IMG/VR virus record: IMGVR_UViG_3300037466_001900
Coordinates: 1,608 to 65,607 of that record
DNA length: 64,000 nt
DNA from: a virus
Taxonomy: Duplodnaviria; Caudoviricetes
Reading direction: 5' to 3' (one strand)
In this document: one piece after another, positions 19,512-28,668 of the stretch
Numbering within the stretch: position 1 is the stretch's first letter
Layout of the letters: each line of letters starts with the position of its first letter
Position numbers and translations under genes: made by a program
The notes under the pieces: generated by a model
The model's database searches: none
Seen by the model: the letters and a program-made list of their open reading frames with translations, nothing else
Told to the model about the DNA's origin: nothing

Positions 19512-20224
19512 TGGTTTGCTCCATTCGTTTCGAGATCACCCTGATGGACGTAGCGAATATGAGCATGGTCCTTCACCAAGTCGTGGTGGTCGGGCGGCAT
19601 CCAGCCTTCGGGCTTCACTACGTCGAACGTCGAACCCCGCTTGGACTGGTCCGCGGTCTCGGCCCGGACCTTGGCCATGTTAGCCGCCTGAACGCGCTTC
19701 CACGCTTCATGGAAGATTGTTGGTCCAAACTGGAGATAGGCAGCTCCCAGGACGACGTAGGTTAGATCGACGAGAGCGTCGAGCTGCTGATGAAGCCCCA
19801 TTGCGATCCTGCGATGGTCAGGCTTCCCGTCGTCCGAGGTGAGCGCCTCAACTAAGCCTTCCTGCTCGGTCTCCCACTCCTCGAACTCCTCTCGAATGAA
19901 CTTGCTCCGGAAGTCGAAGAGTTCAGGCTCCAAGATCCTGGGCTTACCAACATACTCAAGGCCGAACTTCTGGTGGAATGCAGCAATGTCCAGCATGAGG
20001 TGCGGGGCTTCGGCTCCAGTAACGTGAAGGCCTTTCTTGATCATCTCGGACTGGGCCTTCAGGACCTCGGTCACGTACGACATGGGACCTGGCCCAAGCC
20101 TCCTACCCGCAGCGTTGGCCGCCGAGACCATCATTCGGACTACTCCCTCAGCTTCCTCGAGCTTGAACTCGAAGACAACTTCTTCACCTTGCTCATCAGC
20201 AACCTTAAGTTCTTCCGTAATCAT
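19508..20224 (-). CDS. MazG-like/PRA-PH nucleotide pyrophosphohydrolase (dUTPase/dCTPase-like)
   Basis: FHQKFG, IREEFEE, DALVDLTYVVLG, VQAANMAKV, VVKPEGW.PPD motifs. Confidence 0.85.
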   Translation of the reverse strand: MITEELKVADEQGEEVVFEFKLEEAEGVVRMMVSAANAAGRRLGPGPMSYVTEVLKAQSEMIKKGLHVTGAEAPHLMLDIAAFHQKFGLEYVGKPRILEPELFDFRSKFIREEFEEWETEQEGLVEALTSDDGKPDHRRIAMGLHQQLDALVDLTYVVLGAAYLQFGPTIFHEAWKRVQAANMAKVRAETADQSKRGSTFDVVKPEGWMPPDHHDLVKDHAHIRYVHQGDLETNGANQ

Positions 20225-21537
20225 TGTTCCACCTCCGATATGAATGCGTCTACTAACTCAATCCTGTATCCTATGCCGCCGGTCTTCACCGCCTCGGTCT
20301 TCAGCGGGTGCTTCGCTCGGTTTATGATCCGATCGGGGACGACACCTTTGAAAGCACGCTTTAACGCCTGCTTCTGGGTGCGCATCTCTCGGGGGAGCGA
20401 GAGCCCGTGGGCAATGACCGCCGGCGCCAAGTAAGGCGACCTAAGCTCGATTGTCTCCTTCATCATCACTCGATCGAGCCGTGGCAAGTGGTAATATGGA
20501 AGCTCGCAGAAAACATCCGACCATTGACTATCGTATTCCGCAGCCCGTCTATAGCCGCCAAACACTTCGTCTGCGCCATCCCCAGTCAAGCACACATTGT
20601 AACCCGCGGCCGATACCGCCTTAGCCAGTTGGACCTGTGGAACCAGGGAACCCAGGTCGAGAGGAGCCTGCATAATCCGAACGGCCTCCCTCATGGTTGG
20701 GGGCCGAGTGAAGGATGAGAAGTTATCGAGAAGCGTGACCTCGGGTGGTAGGAATTCACCTTCACCATTCTCAACCGAGAAAGCGTCGACTTCCCTGCCC
20801 AGTATATCCTTTAGGGTGTAATAGATGATCGACGAGTCAAGGCCGCCCGATAGAAGGAGGGCGACAGGAAGCTCGCCGATAAGCCGGTTCTCGATCGCCT
20901 GGGTAACTGCATCACGGAGGTATCCAGCCTGGGGCACCATCCACCACTTCCAATAGGTCTCTTCATGGATACCTATATCACTAACCGTGATCCTGGTGCC
21001 AGGCCGCATCTGAACGATGCCTTCATAAGGTGTTCGACCTGAGTAGTCGTATCCCCACTTAATGCAGTTGGCAAGGTAGGTCTGGTCAAAAGCCGGCCGA
21101 CGCTGAAGCATGAACATAGGTTCTAGCTCGGAACAGAAGATCCTGTACTTCGGCCAGAAATACATCGGCTTGATGCCGAGGTGGTCAGTGTAAACCGTAG
21201 CCCCATATTTCGTAACTGAGGCTGCGGCCCAGAACCCGTCCGTGTTATGGAAAACGGCTTCGTCGACTAGAGCGGAAAGCAAGTGCATCTGCTCTCCAGC
21301 CTGGTGGTTGAAGAATTCCCCTACAAAGCCGTAAAGGCTAGATCGCCCTTCAAAAGGCTGGTTAGCATCTTCCGTCCTATCCTGAATAGCCAACCGAACG
21401 TGAGCGAAAGTCCAGCCAGCAAAATTCTTGGCTGAAACATGACCCTTCTCTCCATCGCCCCTATGGCTCATAGCAGCCAAGGCGAGCTCAATCTGTTCAG
21501 GCAGATATGTTGACGGGGTTAGGAGGACGCCGCACAT
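20221..21537 (-). CDS. Asparagine-synthetase-like glutamine amidotransferase (Ntn GATase plus PP-loop), compact 438 aa
   Basis: N-terminal MCG, RLAIQD, GEFFN, D.LGIKP, SGGLDSS, GDGADEVFGGY, ELRSPYL. Confidence 0.88.
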   Translation of the reverse strand: MCGVLLTPSTYLPEQIELALAAMSHRGDGEKGHVSAKNFAGWTFAHVRLAIQDRTEDANQPFEGRSSLYGFVGEFFNHQAGEQMHLLSALVDEAVFHNTDGFWAAASVTKYGATVYTDHLGIKPMYFWPKYRIFCSELEPMFMLQRRPAFDQTYLANCIKWGYDYSGRTPYEGIVQMRPGTRITVSDIGIHEETYWKWWMVPQAGYLRDAVTQAIENRLIGELPVALLLSGGLDSSIIYYTLKDILGREVDAFSVENGEGEFLPPEVTLLDNFSSFTRPPTMREAVRIMQAPLDLGSLVPQVQLAKAVSAAGYNVCLTGDGADEVFGGYRRAAEYDSQWSDVFCELPYYHLPRLDRVMMKETIELRSPYLAPAVIAHGLSLPREMRTQKQALKRAFKGVVPDRIINRAKHPLKTEAVKTGGIGYRIELVDAFISEVEQ

Positions 21538-22064
21538 TTAATTTTCTCCAACAAGTTCTCATAGCTGTCACTTGGCCATGAGTAATGCACAATAGGCACT
21601 AGGCCCGAGAGGGAGCTAATCCTTCGGTCATACGCATTCACGATCGCCGGGTAATTCTTGAGGACCCAGTCGAGGTGGTCCTGAGACTTGTGGGACTTTA
21701 CCGCCATGGAGATGTGCGAGTGCATGAACTTCGCCGACCCCGCTTTGCAGTAGACCAACACCAGGCCGAGCTCCTGGACCTCCCTGTCCAATCGGTATAG
21801 CGGCTCGTAAAGGTCCCGGCCCATCAGAGGCCCATAAACGGTTTCGCTGATCTGAGGTAAGCGATCAACCAGGACGGTCTCACCCCGATCGGCCCGCCAT
21901 TTACAGTCCCATATGATCTGGAGCTTGGCATCCCACGCCTCCCGATCCTTGGGAGGTCCCCCACTGTGGCTTACCTCAACGTCAAAGGTCTCGGCCAGCT
22001 TGGCTAGAAGGGTCGACTTCCCCGACCCGTCCGGGCCTTCAACTACGATCATCCTTCGCTGCAT
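21519..22064 (-). CDS. P-loop deoxynucleoside monophosphate kinase
   Basis: IVVEGPDGSGKST Walker A, LVDR motif; start re-placed at ATG 22064. Confidence 0.82.
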   Translation of the reverse strand: MQRRMIVVEGPDGSGKSTLLAKLAETFDVEVSHSGGPPKDREAWDAKLQIIWDCKWRADRGETVLVDRLPQISETVYGPLMGRDLYEPLYRLDREVQELGLVLVYCKAGSAKFMHSHISMAVKSHKSQDHLDWVLKNYPAIVNAYDRRISSLSGLVPIVHYSWPSDSYENLLEKIKCAASS

Positions 22065-22830
22065 CTTCCCTCCCCTTCTCCCATGCGGTGACTGCCACCG
22101 GAGCAACTAACGCAGCCAGGTTTTTCATAGCCCTGGCGTAGACCTGGATTTCATATTGTGCGTGTGGGTCATCCCGGAGTGTCAAGAACCGGAAGAGGTT
22201 CAACAAGTTGACCGTAGCAAACATGTGACTGTAGGTATTGACCGGCAGGACCGATCGAGCGAGCTCCCGGGGCCAGCCGTTTAAAAGTAGCCGGCGATAA
22301 AGATCGAAGGCATCTTCGCAGTGTTCGCGAAGCATCTCAACCTCCCGCTCTCGAGCCTGGAGGTTATCAAGGTTTTCGCCTCCTACCTCCCTGGCCTGTT
22401 TGTTGCTCGTCGACTGACGCCCAATCAAGGCCGGATTAGGGACATAGAATTCAGTCGGCAATTCCCGATAGCGGGCCGACAGCTCATTGTATCCCCAAGT
22501 GCGGTGACGATGCCACTGGCGAAAGACAAAGATGGGGGCCTTCACCTCAAAGGTCAGGGTGACCGCCTCGAATGGGGATGTGTGGCTATGTTTCCACAGA
22601 TAGTTGATTAACCGCTGATCGCTACCTTCGTCTTCGCCGGCTCGCCAGGCAGCGTCGTACGATACGCGGGCCGCTCGAACGATTGAGATGTCACCACCCA
22701 TGAAATCGACGAGCCGGACGAAGCCGTAGTCAAGGCAATTGATGACCCCCGTCGATCGGTTTTTCTGGAATACCGATCCGGCACCTTCTGATAGGTCGTG
22801 ATAGCGGCTTTCCGCTTCTTGGTCTGTCAT
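22039..22830 (-). CDS. thyX: Flavin-dependent thymidylate synthase
   Basis: RHRTWGYNELSAR signature, HTSPFE, AQYEIQ.YA. Confidence 0.95.
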   Translation of the reverse strand: MTDQEAESRYHDLSEGAGSVFQKNRSTGVINCLDYGFVRLVDFMGGDISIVRAARVSYDAAWRAGEDEGSDQRLINYLWKHSHTSPFEAVTLTFEVKAPIFVFRQWHRHRTWGYNELSARYRELPTEFYVPNPALIGRQSTSNKQAREVGGENLDNLQAREREVEMLREHCEDAFDLYRRLLLNGWPRELARSVLPVNTYSHMFATVNLLNLFRFLTLRDDPHAQYEIQVYARAMKNLAALVAPVAVTAWEKGREDAAKDDRS

Positions 22831-23036
22831 CGAATAGCCTCCTCCGAATTGTCCCTATAGTTTATCCAAAAACCTCCATTAGTAATGCTTACCCGAGGCT
22901 GCGGAAAAAGATCGCTGGGGATATGCGCACAGTTAGCATCCAGGATCAAGGAGACTATAGCCGCCCCACCGTCGTCCATGTCATAATTCGCAGGGATACC
23001 TACGCTATGGTGGAAACAGTTAGGTTCGTCTTGCAT
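22827..23036 (-). CDS. Hypothetical protein
   Basis: Coupled small ORF. Confidence 0.45.
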   Translation of the reverse strand: MQDEPNCFHHSVGIPANYDMDDGGAAIVSLILDANCAHIPSDLFPQPRVSITNGGFWINYRDNSEEAIR

Positions 23037-24327
23037 TCGCGTACTCCTTTACCATGGAAAGGACGGTGGCCTGGGAAATCTTCTTCGCCTCCAAAACTTC
23101 TAAGAGGAGGTCGTCCACCGTATCAACTGCTCGGAGGAAATGAAACACCGGCAGAGTAATTTGTCCTTGGCGGTCGATCCGCGCTCGGGTCTGGGCCATC
23201 TGCTCGAATGAGAACGAGGCCGAATAGATAACCATCGTGTGCGAGCCATACTGCAAATTAAGCCCATGCCCGCCCGATTGGGGATGGAGGAACAACAACG
23301 GTATTTCCTTGTTGTCCCACTCCTTCTGGGTCCAGCCCTTCTCCAAAGAAACCCCGTGAGGGAATTTCTTCTTTAAGGCAGCAAGTTCGTGCTGGAAGTG
23401 GTAGACCACAATGACGGGTGAACCAGTTCCTTCCAGGATCATCTCAAGGGCATCTAGCTTCCCAGTATGAATTTGCTTCACTTCATGGTCGTCGTCGTAT
23501 ACAAAGCCGCTAGCAACTTGTCGCAACTTCATTAGCGCGGCCGCAGCATTAACAGCGGTGATAGTCTTCTCCTTGCCCAGGTCGACAAAGGCCCGGCGCT
23601 CCATCTCCTTGTAGATCTTCCTAGCGGCTAGAGGAAGCTCAATGTCGATGATGTTCTCGATCGGTTTTTCCGCCGAGGCCTCCAGCTCAACTCGGAAGAT
23701 CAAGTCACTGATAATCTTGGTGACCTTTTCAGTTGCCCCCTCTCGAGGTCCGAACTTGTAGCCCATATAGTCGAGCTGCTCGAAAAACTTAGACTTGAAC
23801 CGAAAGAAGGCTGTGTCGAGGCGTTGGCCAAGATCCAGGATGAAGATCTGGCTCCAGAGGTCCATTAGTGAGTTAGGGTTTGGCGTCCCTGTATAGATGT
23901 TCCTCCGCTCAAAGTGCTTCAGGTATTTACGCAGCTTCTTGAACCGTTTAGTCGACGGGTTCTTGAACATGGAAGACTCATCGATCGCCAGGACCTTAAA
24001 GGTCCGCGCTTCGAGGGCTTCGGGCAGGAGCTCGGGGTTCACCAAGTAAATGTCCGCTTCGGCTTCCAGGGCCTCACTCCGTTCGCGGGGCGACCCTCTA
24101 ACAAGGGAGAAGGTGAGCCCCTTGGTCATATCCCATTTCTTAGCTTCGGTCTCCCACACGGTTTCGATGACCATGATCGGGCCAACCAGGATGATGGGCT
24201 TAGGAAAGTCTACGAACGCGTGGAGGGCGATCGCGGTCTTGCCCAGCCCCATGTCAATGAAGAGACCAGCGTGGGGGTGGGCCTTGAGATATTCTACCCC
24301 TTCAACCTGATAGTCTCGGAGCTTCAT
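23020..24327 (-). CDS. SNF2-family helicase
   Basis: LRDYQ, DMGLGKT, DESS, TGTP, HPQSGGHGLNLQ, QTRARIDRQGQ. Confidence 0.92.
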   Translation of the reverse strand: MKLRDYQVEGVEYLKAHPHAGLFIDMGLGKTAIALHAFVDFPKPIILVGPIMVIETVWETEAKKWDMTKGLTFSLVRGSPRERSEALEAEADIYLVNPELLPEALEARTFKVLAIDESSMFKNPSTKRFKKLRKYLKHFERRNIYTGTPNPNSLMDLWSQIFILDLGQRLDTAFFRFKSKFFEQLDYMGYKFGPREGATEKVTKIISDLIFRVELEASAEKPIENIIDIELPLAARKIYKEMERRAFVDLGKEKTITAVNAAAALMKLRQVASGFVYDDDHEVKQIHTGKLDALEMILEGTGSPVIVVYHFQHELAALKKKFPHGVSLEKGWTQKEWDNKEIPLLFLHPQSGGHGLNLQYGSHTMVIYSASFSFEQMAQTRARIDRQGQITLPVFHFLRAVDTVDDLLLEVLEAKKISQATVLSMVKEYANARRT

Positions 24328-24758
24328 GGGTTGAGCTCCTTAACCCCTACTAGGATAGAAGGAGGGAGAGGGATATGTTGGTGAAGGGGCCGCCAAAGAT
24401 GGAGACAGAAAGGGTAGTTGTTTATATACTCTTTGACTGGGTGTAACTGCATCGCTACCTCATCGGGAAAGAAGAATAGGTCCTTGATGAAGTTCATTTC
24501 TTCCCAGGTTGGAGTTCGGTAAGGTAGCGACACACTCACGTGGTCCCAGTTAGCTCCGGCTTCATTGCGACCCCAGACCACCCCGCCTTTGCTGGCTATT
24601 ACTCGGAGCCCTACCTGTGGTACTTGCCGGCTAACTGGGTTTCTAGATGAGAAGGGGACGACGAAAGCTCCTGCATAATCACGTATGTCTGTAGGCACTT
24701 CGCCCATAGGGTGGGGAATACGAAACTTATCGAAACGGTTGTCGCTAAAGCTACGCAT
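24324..24758 (-). CDS. Conserved phage protein (DUF7694-like)
   Basis: WDHVSVS...PTWEEM..IKDLFF...CLHLW. Confidence 0.6.
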   Translation of the reverse strand: MRSFSDNRFDKFRIPHPMGEVPTDIRDYAGAFVVPFSSRNPVSRQVPQVGLRVIASKGGVVWGRNEAGANWDHVSVSLPYRTPTWEEMNFIKDLFFFPDEVAMQLHPVKEYINNYPFCLHLWRPLHQHIPLPPSILVGVKELNP

Positions 24759-25051
24759 TATTCTGCCTCCAGTTCCAAGACCCTACGGCGACACAGCTTG
24801 ATCACCTGCTCACACTGGTCTATATCGAACAGGATTATGTGGCAATCGCTAGGAGGTATCTTCATCCTGCGGCCGAGCCAGCGATATGCCCTCTTCCTGG
24901 TCATGTGCCCATTCTTCCACAGGGCATCAAACTGCTGGTGAGCACGAGCCCGGGCCTTGGCCAGGGGCGACCCAGGCGTGGCACTAAATCCGCATGGGTC
25001 GTTCCGATCGGCCATTAGGCGATCTAGCAGTTCTTCGTCGTGTTCGTTCAT
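24758..25051 (-). CDS. DUF3268-like protein (C-terminal part)
   Basis: RARAHQQFDALWK..MTRKRAY.WL...HI..FDIDQC; start re-placed at ATG 25051. Confidence 0.6.
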   Translation of the reverse strand: MNEHDEELLDRLMADRNDPCGFSATPGSPLAKARARAHQQFDALWKNGHMTRKRAYRWLGRRMKIPPSDCHIILFDIDQCEQVIKLCRRRVLELEAE

Positions 25052-25437
25052 TGTCCACTCTCGAATAGCAGTTGGATCAACATATTGGTCAGGCCGTCGT
25101 TCTGTTTCTGGATCTCGTCTATCGCTCCCCGCTGTCCAGGAAGCCACGAAGGCATAAGCAACAGGGCGAGCTCGTCCTGCTTGGTGAAGCACATCCATGA
25201 TCGCTGGACCGTTTTCGTCACCACATTTGCTCGCATGATTGGCTCGAACTTCAGGTCGACGATCCGCATGATCTCTTCAATAGGCATCCTATCATGCACT
25301 TTCCTAGGGGTCACCATAGATGGAACCACTAAGCGATACCGGCAGCCGTGGTCTTCAATATCTCGCTCGGTAAAGCCCGGAATGTTCACCACCGTGATTG
25401 GCTCCAGGGTAGCGTCGTCGTAAATCACGAACCTCAT
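25048..25437 (-). CDS. Hypothetical protein
   Basis: ATGA-coupled ORF. Confidence 0.6.
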   Translation of the reverse strand: MRFVIYDDATLEPITVVNIPGFTERDIEDHGCRYRLVVPSMVTPRKVHDRMPIEEIMRIVDLKFEPIMRANVVTKTVQRSWMCFTKQDELALLLMPSWLPGQRGAIDEIQKQNDGLTNMLIQLLFESGQ

Positions 25438-25670
25438 GGCAGCAACTCCGCGGTGAAATAATAATTGGACTTACCTTCTACGGGCTGAACACTTTCTGGG
25501 TCGAAGCCACAAGAGCTTCCGAGGGCCCGCCATACACGCATAGCATTCTCATACGGTGTCCCAAAGAGGTAATTGCCTTTACCATCCCACATAGCTGGAG
25601 TTGGTTTTGACGCATCCAGTAACTTCTGGTATTGCTCTTCGGTCAACTGGAATTCTTTCCTCATCGCCAC
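25434..25670 (-). CDS. Hypothetical protein
   Basis: Coupled ORF. Confidence 0.55.
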   Translation of the reverse strand: MAMRKEFQLTEEQYQKLLDASKPTPAMWDGKGNYLFGTPYENAMRVWRALGSSCGFDPESVQPVEGKSNYYFTAELLP

Positions 25671-26164
25671 ACCTCCAAAGGCGTTGAATAGGATAGCATC
25701 AGCGGATGCCTGGGGCTTCCATCATCGCACGTGCCCCAGCACATGAGCTGCTTGCCTCGCTGATGGACCAGGGCGACGACCTCGTCAACCCTGTAACGAA
25801 GGTTAGCAGGAACCTTGTCGATCCGACCCCAGCCGGCAATGATCAGCTCCGCTCGCCCGATCGCGGACAAGAGATAGTTGTTGCAGCTATGTCCGACAGG
25901 ATCGGAAACCTTAGCCAGTTCACGGACATCAGTTGCCCTATAGGCAAAGAGGTTGGCGACTAGCCAATGGTTCACCCCCAGCCGATCGCCGAAGCCATAT
26001 AGTTTTCGAATGGACTGGTCATCAACACGTTCGTCGGCCGTGGATGGGTTGACCCCTATCCACAGAGCCGTGACCCCCTCCCGTGCGAATGACCGGCCCA
26101 GGAGCCAGCGATAATGACCACACTTGCTTATGTCGGCGAAGGTGAAGAAGGGAATGTCAGTCAA
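25661..26164 (-). CDS. DUF1643 family protein
   Basis: CGHYRWLL.R, IGVNPSTAD..DD.SI, NLFAYRATD, PRHPL; TTG start after GAAGGAG. Confidence 0.85.
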   Translation of the reverse strand: MTDIPFFTFADISKCGHYRWLLGRSFAREGVTALWIGVNPSTADERVDDQSIRKLYGFGDRLGVNHWLVANLFAYRATDVRELAKVSDPVGHSCNNYLLSAIGRAELIIAGWGRIDKVPANLRYRVDEVVALVHQRGKQLMCWGTCDDGSPRHPLMLSYSTPLEVWR

Positions 26165-26366
26165 CTGGTACTCCTTCTCGTTCAAGCTTTTCTTCCAGGG
26201 CGGCAACCATCCAGTCCTGCTGGGATATGCCCAACCTCCAAGCCGCCGATCGGACCTGGGCACTTAGCGTCAGCGGGACGTAGACTTGTTTAGCTTCTAA
26301 CCCGAGATGGCCACGGATACCCCTCTGGTTGTTCCTGACAGGTCGGTATCCTCCATGGTGGCTCAT
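26157..26366 (-). CDS. Ribbon-helix-helix-like DNA-binding protein
   Basis: VYVP..L...VR.AA...GISQQDWMVAALEEKL. Confidence 0.55.
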   Translation of the reverse strand: MSHHGGYRPVRNNQRGIRGHLGLEAKQVYVPLTLSAQVRSAAWRLGISQQDWMVAALEEKLEREGVPVD

Positions 26367-26617
26367 CCCTGACATGCCTCTTTGATCTCTTCAACTGTTG
26401 GTTCGTAGTCCTCGGGCCCGATAGCGTCCGCCTTCTTGGTGCAGTTCCGACAGAGGTGCATATCCCGTTGAATGGACAGATCGAAGTAGCTTCGGACCTC
26501 CTCGTCTACTGCTTCGGCCAATGCTGTTTTAATCTCCTCAGCTGGGTCCATTGAGACCCTGAACTCAGAGCCGCATACATCGCACTCTAGGGCGGCGGTA
26601 ATGTATTTAAGACTCAT
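26363..26617 (-). CDS. Zn-binding hypothetical protein
   Basis: CDVC and C..C pairs. Confidence 0.6.
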   Translation of the reverse strand: MSLKYITAALECDVCGSEFRVSMDPAEEIKTALAEAVDEEVRSYFDLSIQRDMHLCRNCTKKADAIGPEDYEPTVEEIKEACQG

Positions 26618-26655
26618 GATAATTCACTCCCCTCCTGTCTATAGGGCGGCGCGGG

Positions 26656-26808
26656 TCATGGCAGCCCTGCAAGTCGATGCAATTCACGAATTGCCTCTCT
26701 CAAGTTCTTTCGCGTTTCCTCGGTGAGCGACTTATCGGCAATATCTAGGGCGTCCATGATGTGTGATACTGCGGCTCGCAGATCGGCTGCTCGTGATAGT
26801 TCCATCAT
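26656..26808 (-). CDS. Hypothetical 50 aa protein (not in ORF track)
   Basis: MMELSRAADLRAAVSHIMDALD...RLAGLP*; ATGA overlap with RBS. Confidence 0.5.
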   Translation of the reverse strand: MMELSRAADLRAAVSHIMDALDIADKSLTEETRKNLREAIRELHRLAGLP

Positions 26809-26960
26809 TCCTCTCCTGTCTGTAGGGCGGGATGGGCTAGGAGCTTCTCCAAAATAGCGTTTTGGCGGTTGATTTCTGCTCCAATACGTTCATATCCGTC
26901 GCTCACCCGCTTCATAGCGGCTAACAACTGACGGGCGCTCCTATCTACTGTGTCGCTCAA
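26805..26960 (-). CDS. Hypothetical 51 aa protein (not in ORF track)
   Basis: TTG start; ends HPALQTGEE*. Confidence 0.5.
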   Translation of the reverse strand: MSDTVDRSARQLLAAMKRVSDGYERIGAEINRQNAILEKLLAHPALQTGEE

Positions 26961-26962
26961 TT

Positions 26963-27178
26963 TCACTCTCCTCCTGTCTGTAGGGCGGCGCGGGCTTCTG
27001 CTAGCGCATCAGCAGCCATGTAAAGCACCTTATATCGGCAAGTATCCGTATGGGTCTCGGGCTGTGGGCTAGTGTTCGCCTCATGGTAGCAATTGCACGA
27101 CGCAGCCATCGCCACACGCAACCAGCTTTCAGCGCGCTCAATGTCCGCGAGCGCAATCTTCTCTGCTGTGTCGTTCAT
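26963..27178 (-). CDS. Hypothetical protein
   Basis: MNDT start; ends ARAALQTGGE*. Confidence 0.6.
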   Translation of the reverse strand: MNDTAEKIALADIERAESWLRVAMAASCNCYHEANTSPQPETHTDTCRYKVLYMAADALAEARAALQTGGE

Positions 27179-27702
27179 GGCTGCTGGGCGGCGCTATCGT
27201 GCTCAATCGCTTGGATTTGTGCGACTGTGGCCGTGTTAAGTTCGCCTGCGAGATACTCTTTCGCGAAGTTCAATGCGCTTCGCAACCTCTCTCGTTCTTG
27301 CATTAGAGGGGCTACGACTTCGATTAGCTCGCGGAGTTCGTGAGCGTCGATTTCAGTTATGCCGCCACACGACTCCGCATCCAGCAAGCGTCTCTGAAGC
27401 ATTCCGATCTTCTCGCCGATACCAACCATAGCCTGTCCGTTGATGTCGATCGGGAACAGCTTGCCGATCAAGCGCGCTTCGCCGTAGTTGCGGGCAATGA
27501 CGATCTCGCGCCCATCTTCGAGCACGATGCTGGCCGGGCGATGGCCGTGCCCGGAGCAGCTTGCCCTAGTCCTCAGACCTGCGGCATTGAGCGCCCTGAC
27601 CAGCGGCACGATCTCAGTGTCAACCTCGATGGGGCGACCGCCGATCTCCATGATCTCGACGCTCTGACCGTTCGCGCCAAGCCTATCCTCTGTGTCGTTC
27701 AT
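27175..27702 (-). CDS. Hypothetical protein
   Basis: Start re-placed at ATG 27702; IVPLVRALNAAGLRTRASCSGHG motif. Confidence 0.6.
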   Translation of the reverse strand: MNDTEDRLGANGQSVEIMEIGGRPIEVDTEIVPLVRALNAAGLRTRASCSGHGHRPASIVLEDGREIVIARNYGEARLIGKLFPIDINGQAMVGIGEKIGMLQRRLLDAESCGGITEIDAHELRELIEVVAPLMQERERLRSALNFAKEYLAGELNTATVAQIQAIEHDSAAQQP

Positions 27703-27932
27703 GGCTGTGAGACCTTTGCTCTGACGGCTACCCATCGTTGAGTTGCAATTCTGGCTGTCTTGCGGCTTACCTCATCACCGAACCAAAGGTTCTCGCAAAG
27801 CACGTTCCCTGCCTCCACAAGTTCCCGTATCAGCGCGGCGGCTTCGCGGATTTCAGCTACACGTTGAGGATGAACGCCGGGAAGTGTTTCAACATAATTC
27901 GCTGTCGCCGTCAGCCTCTTAAGCAATGTCAT
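27699..27932 (-). CDS. Hypothetical protein
   Basis: ATGA-coupled. Confidence 0.55.
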   Translation of the reverse strand: MTLLKRLTATANYVETLPGVHPQRVAEIREAAALIRELVEAGNVLCENLWFGDEVSRKTARIATQRWVAVRAKVSQP

Positions 27933-28210
27933 GGGATTGTGTCCTGATTGGGTGACTGCCGAGCGTTAATCATCTCGCGCGTCTCGAACATGTCGTGGCC
28001 GCACTCGGGCCGCCAACGCAGGTTCCAATCGCGAAGGTTTACGGGGTCTTGGCCGATATCGCGGGCGCAGTCGGAGCAGTACCAACTGTGCGAGCCGTGG
28101 TTCCACCAAAGCGCGGGTTCGGCTTGGCAAGAGCGTCGATTGCAAGCCCCGCCTTCGTGGCCCTTGTTCGGCTTCTCTGGAGCGTCGAGAGGCAAGTCAC
28201 CGTAACTCAT
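27929..28210 (-). CDS. Zn-finger hypothetical protein
   Basis: CNRRSC and YCSDCA. Confidence 0.6.
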   Translation of the reverse strand: MSYGDLPLDAPEKPNKGHEGGACNRRSCQAEPALWWNHGSHSWYCSDCARDIGQDPVNLRDWNLRWRPECGHDMFETREMINARQSPNQDTIP

Positions 28211-28212
28211 AC

Positions 28213-28668
28213 CTATTCACCCTCCTGTGATGACATTGCTGCGATAGCTGCGCGGGGCGGTTCGGGAAGCGGCATCCAGTGGGTTACATTGTAGAGTAGC
28301 GCCTCGTCGCTCGGCTGTTCACCGTCAAAGATGGTGGCGCAGTGAACCCATGCGTCTCGCGTTCGCGACCACCAGCATCCAGCAACTCTTTCGTTCTCGT
28401 AGCGCTCCCTTTCGGCGGCCCAAAGATCGACGATTTTGTTCTTCGGCGCAGTTTCAATCGGCTGCCACCCAACAACCTCGTCAGTCACTACGGTAGGGCG
28501 GCGGTTCCAAGCTTCGGCACAAGCTGAAGGACTGCGCTGCGCCGGGTCTATGGTCACGCCGCAGTCGTCGTTGAGGCAGTGGACATTCCATAGTCCGCGA
28601 TAGCGCTCGAATAGTTCGCCCTCGCTTCCGCAATGAGCGCACGGCATCAGCTTCACTTCACCTGACAT
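28213..28668 (-). CDS. Lar-like restriction-alleviation Zn-ribbon fused to DUF551-like domain
   Basis: LMPCAHCG...C..C...EAWNRR; GWQPIETAPK...THWMPLPEPP. Confidence 0.7.
   Translation of the reverse strand: MSGEVKLMPCAHCGSEGELFERYRGLWNVHCLNDDCGVTIDPAQRSPSACAEAWNRRPTVVTDEVVGWQPIETAPKNKIVDLWAAERERYENERVAGCWWSRTRDAWVHCATIFDGEQPSDEALLYNVTHWMPLPEPPRAAIAAMSSQEGE

Larger units (their letters stand above)
26624..26996 (-). repeat. Three copies of a ~25-32 bp junction repeat CGCCCTA(C/T)AGACAGGAG...TGA
   Basis: Copies near 26624-26655, 26805-26830 and 26963-26993; encode ...ALQTG(G/E)E* or contain an RBS. Confidence 0.8.

Noticed and set aside
20221-21537. 7-deazaguanine (QueC/Gat-QueC) or 2-aminoadenine (PurZ) pathway
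   Set aside because: SGGLDS is shared by PP-loop enzymes, but the C-terminal motifs are AsnB-type with no QueC Zn cluster; no FolE, QueD, QueE, DpdA or PurZ seen
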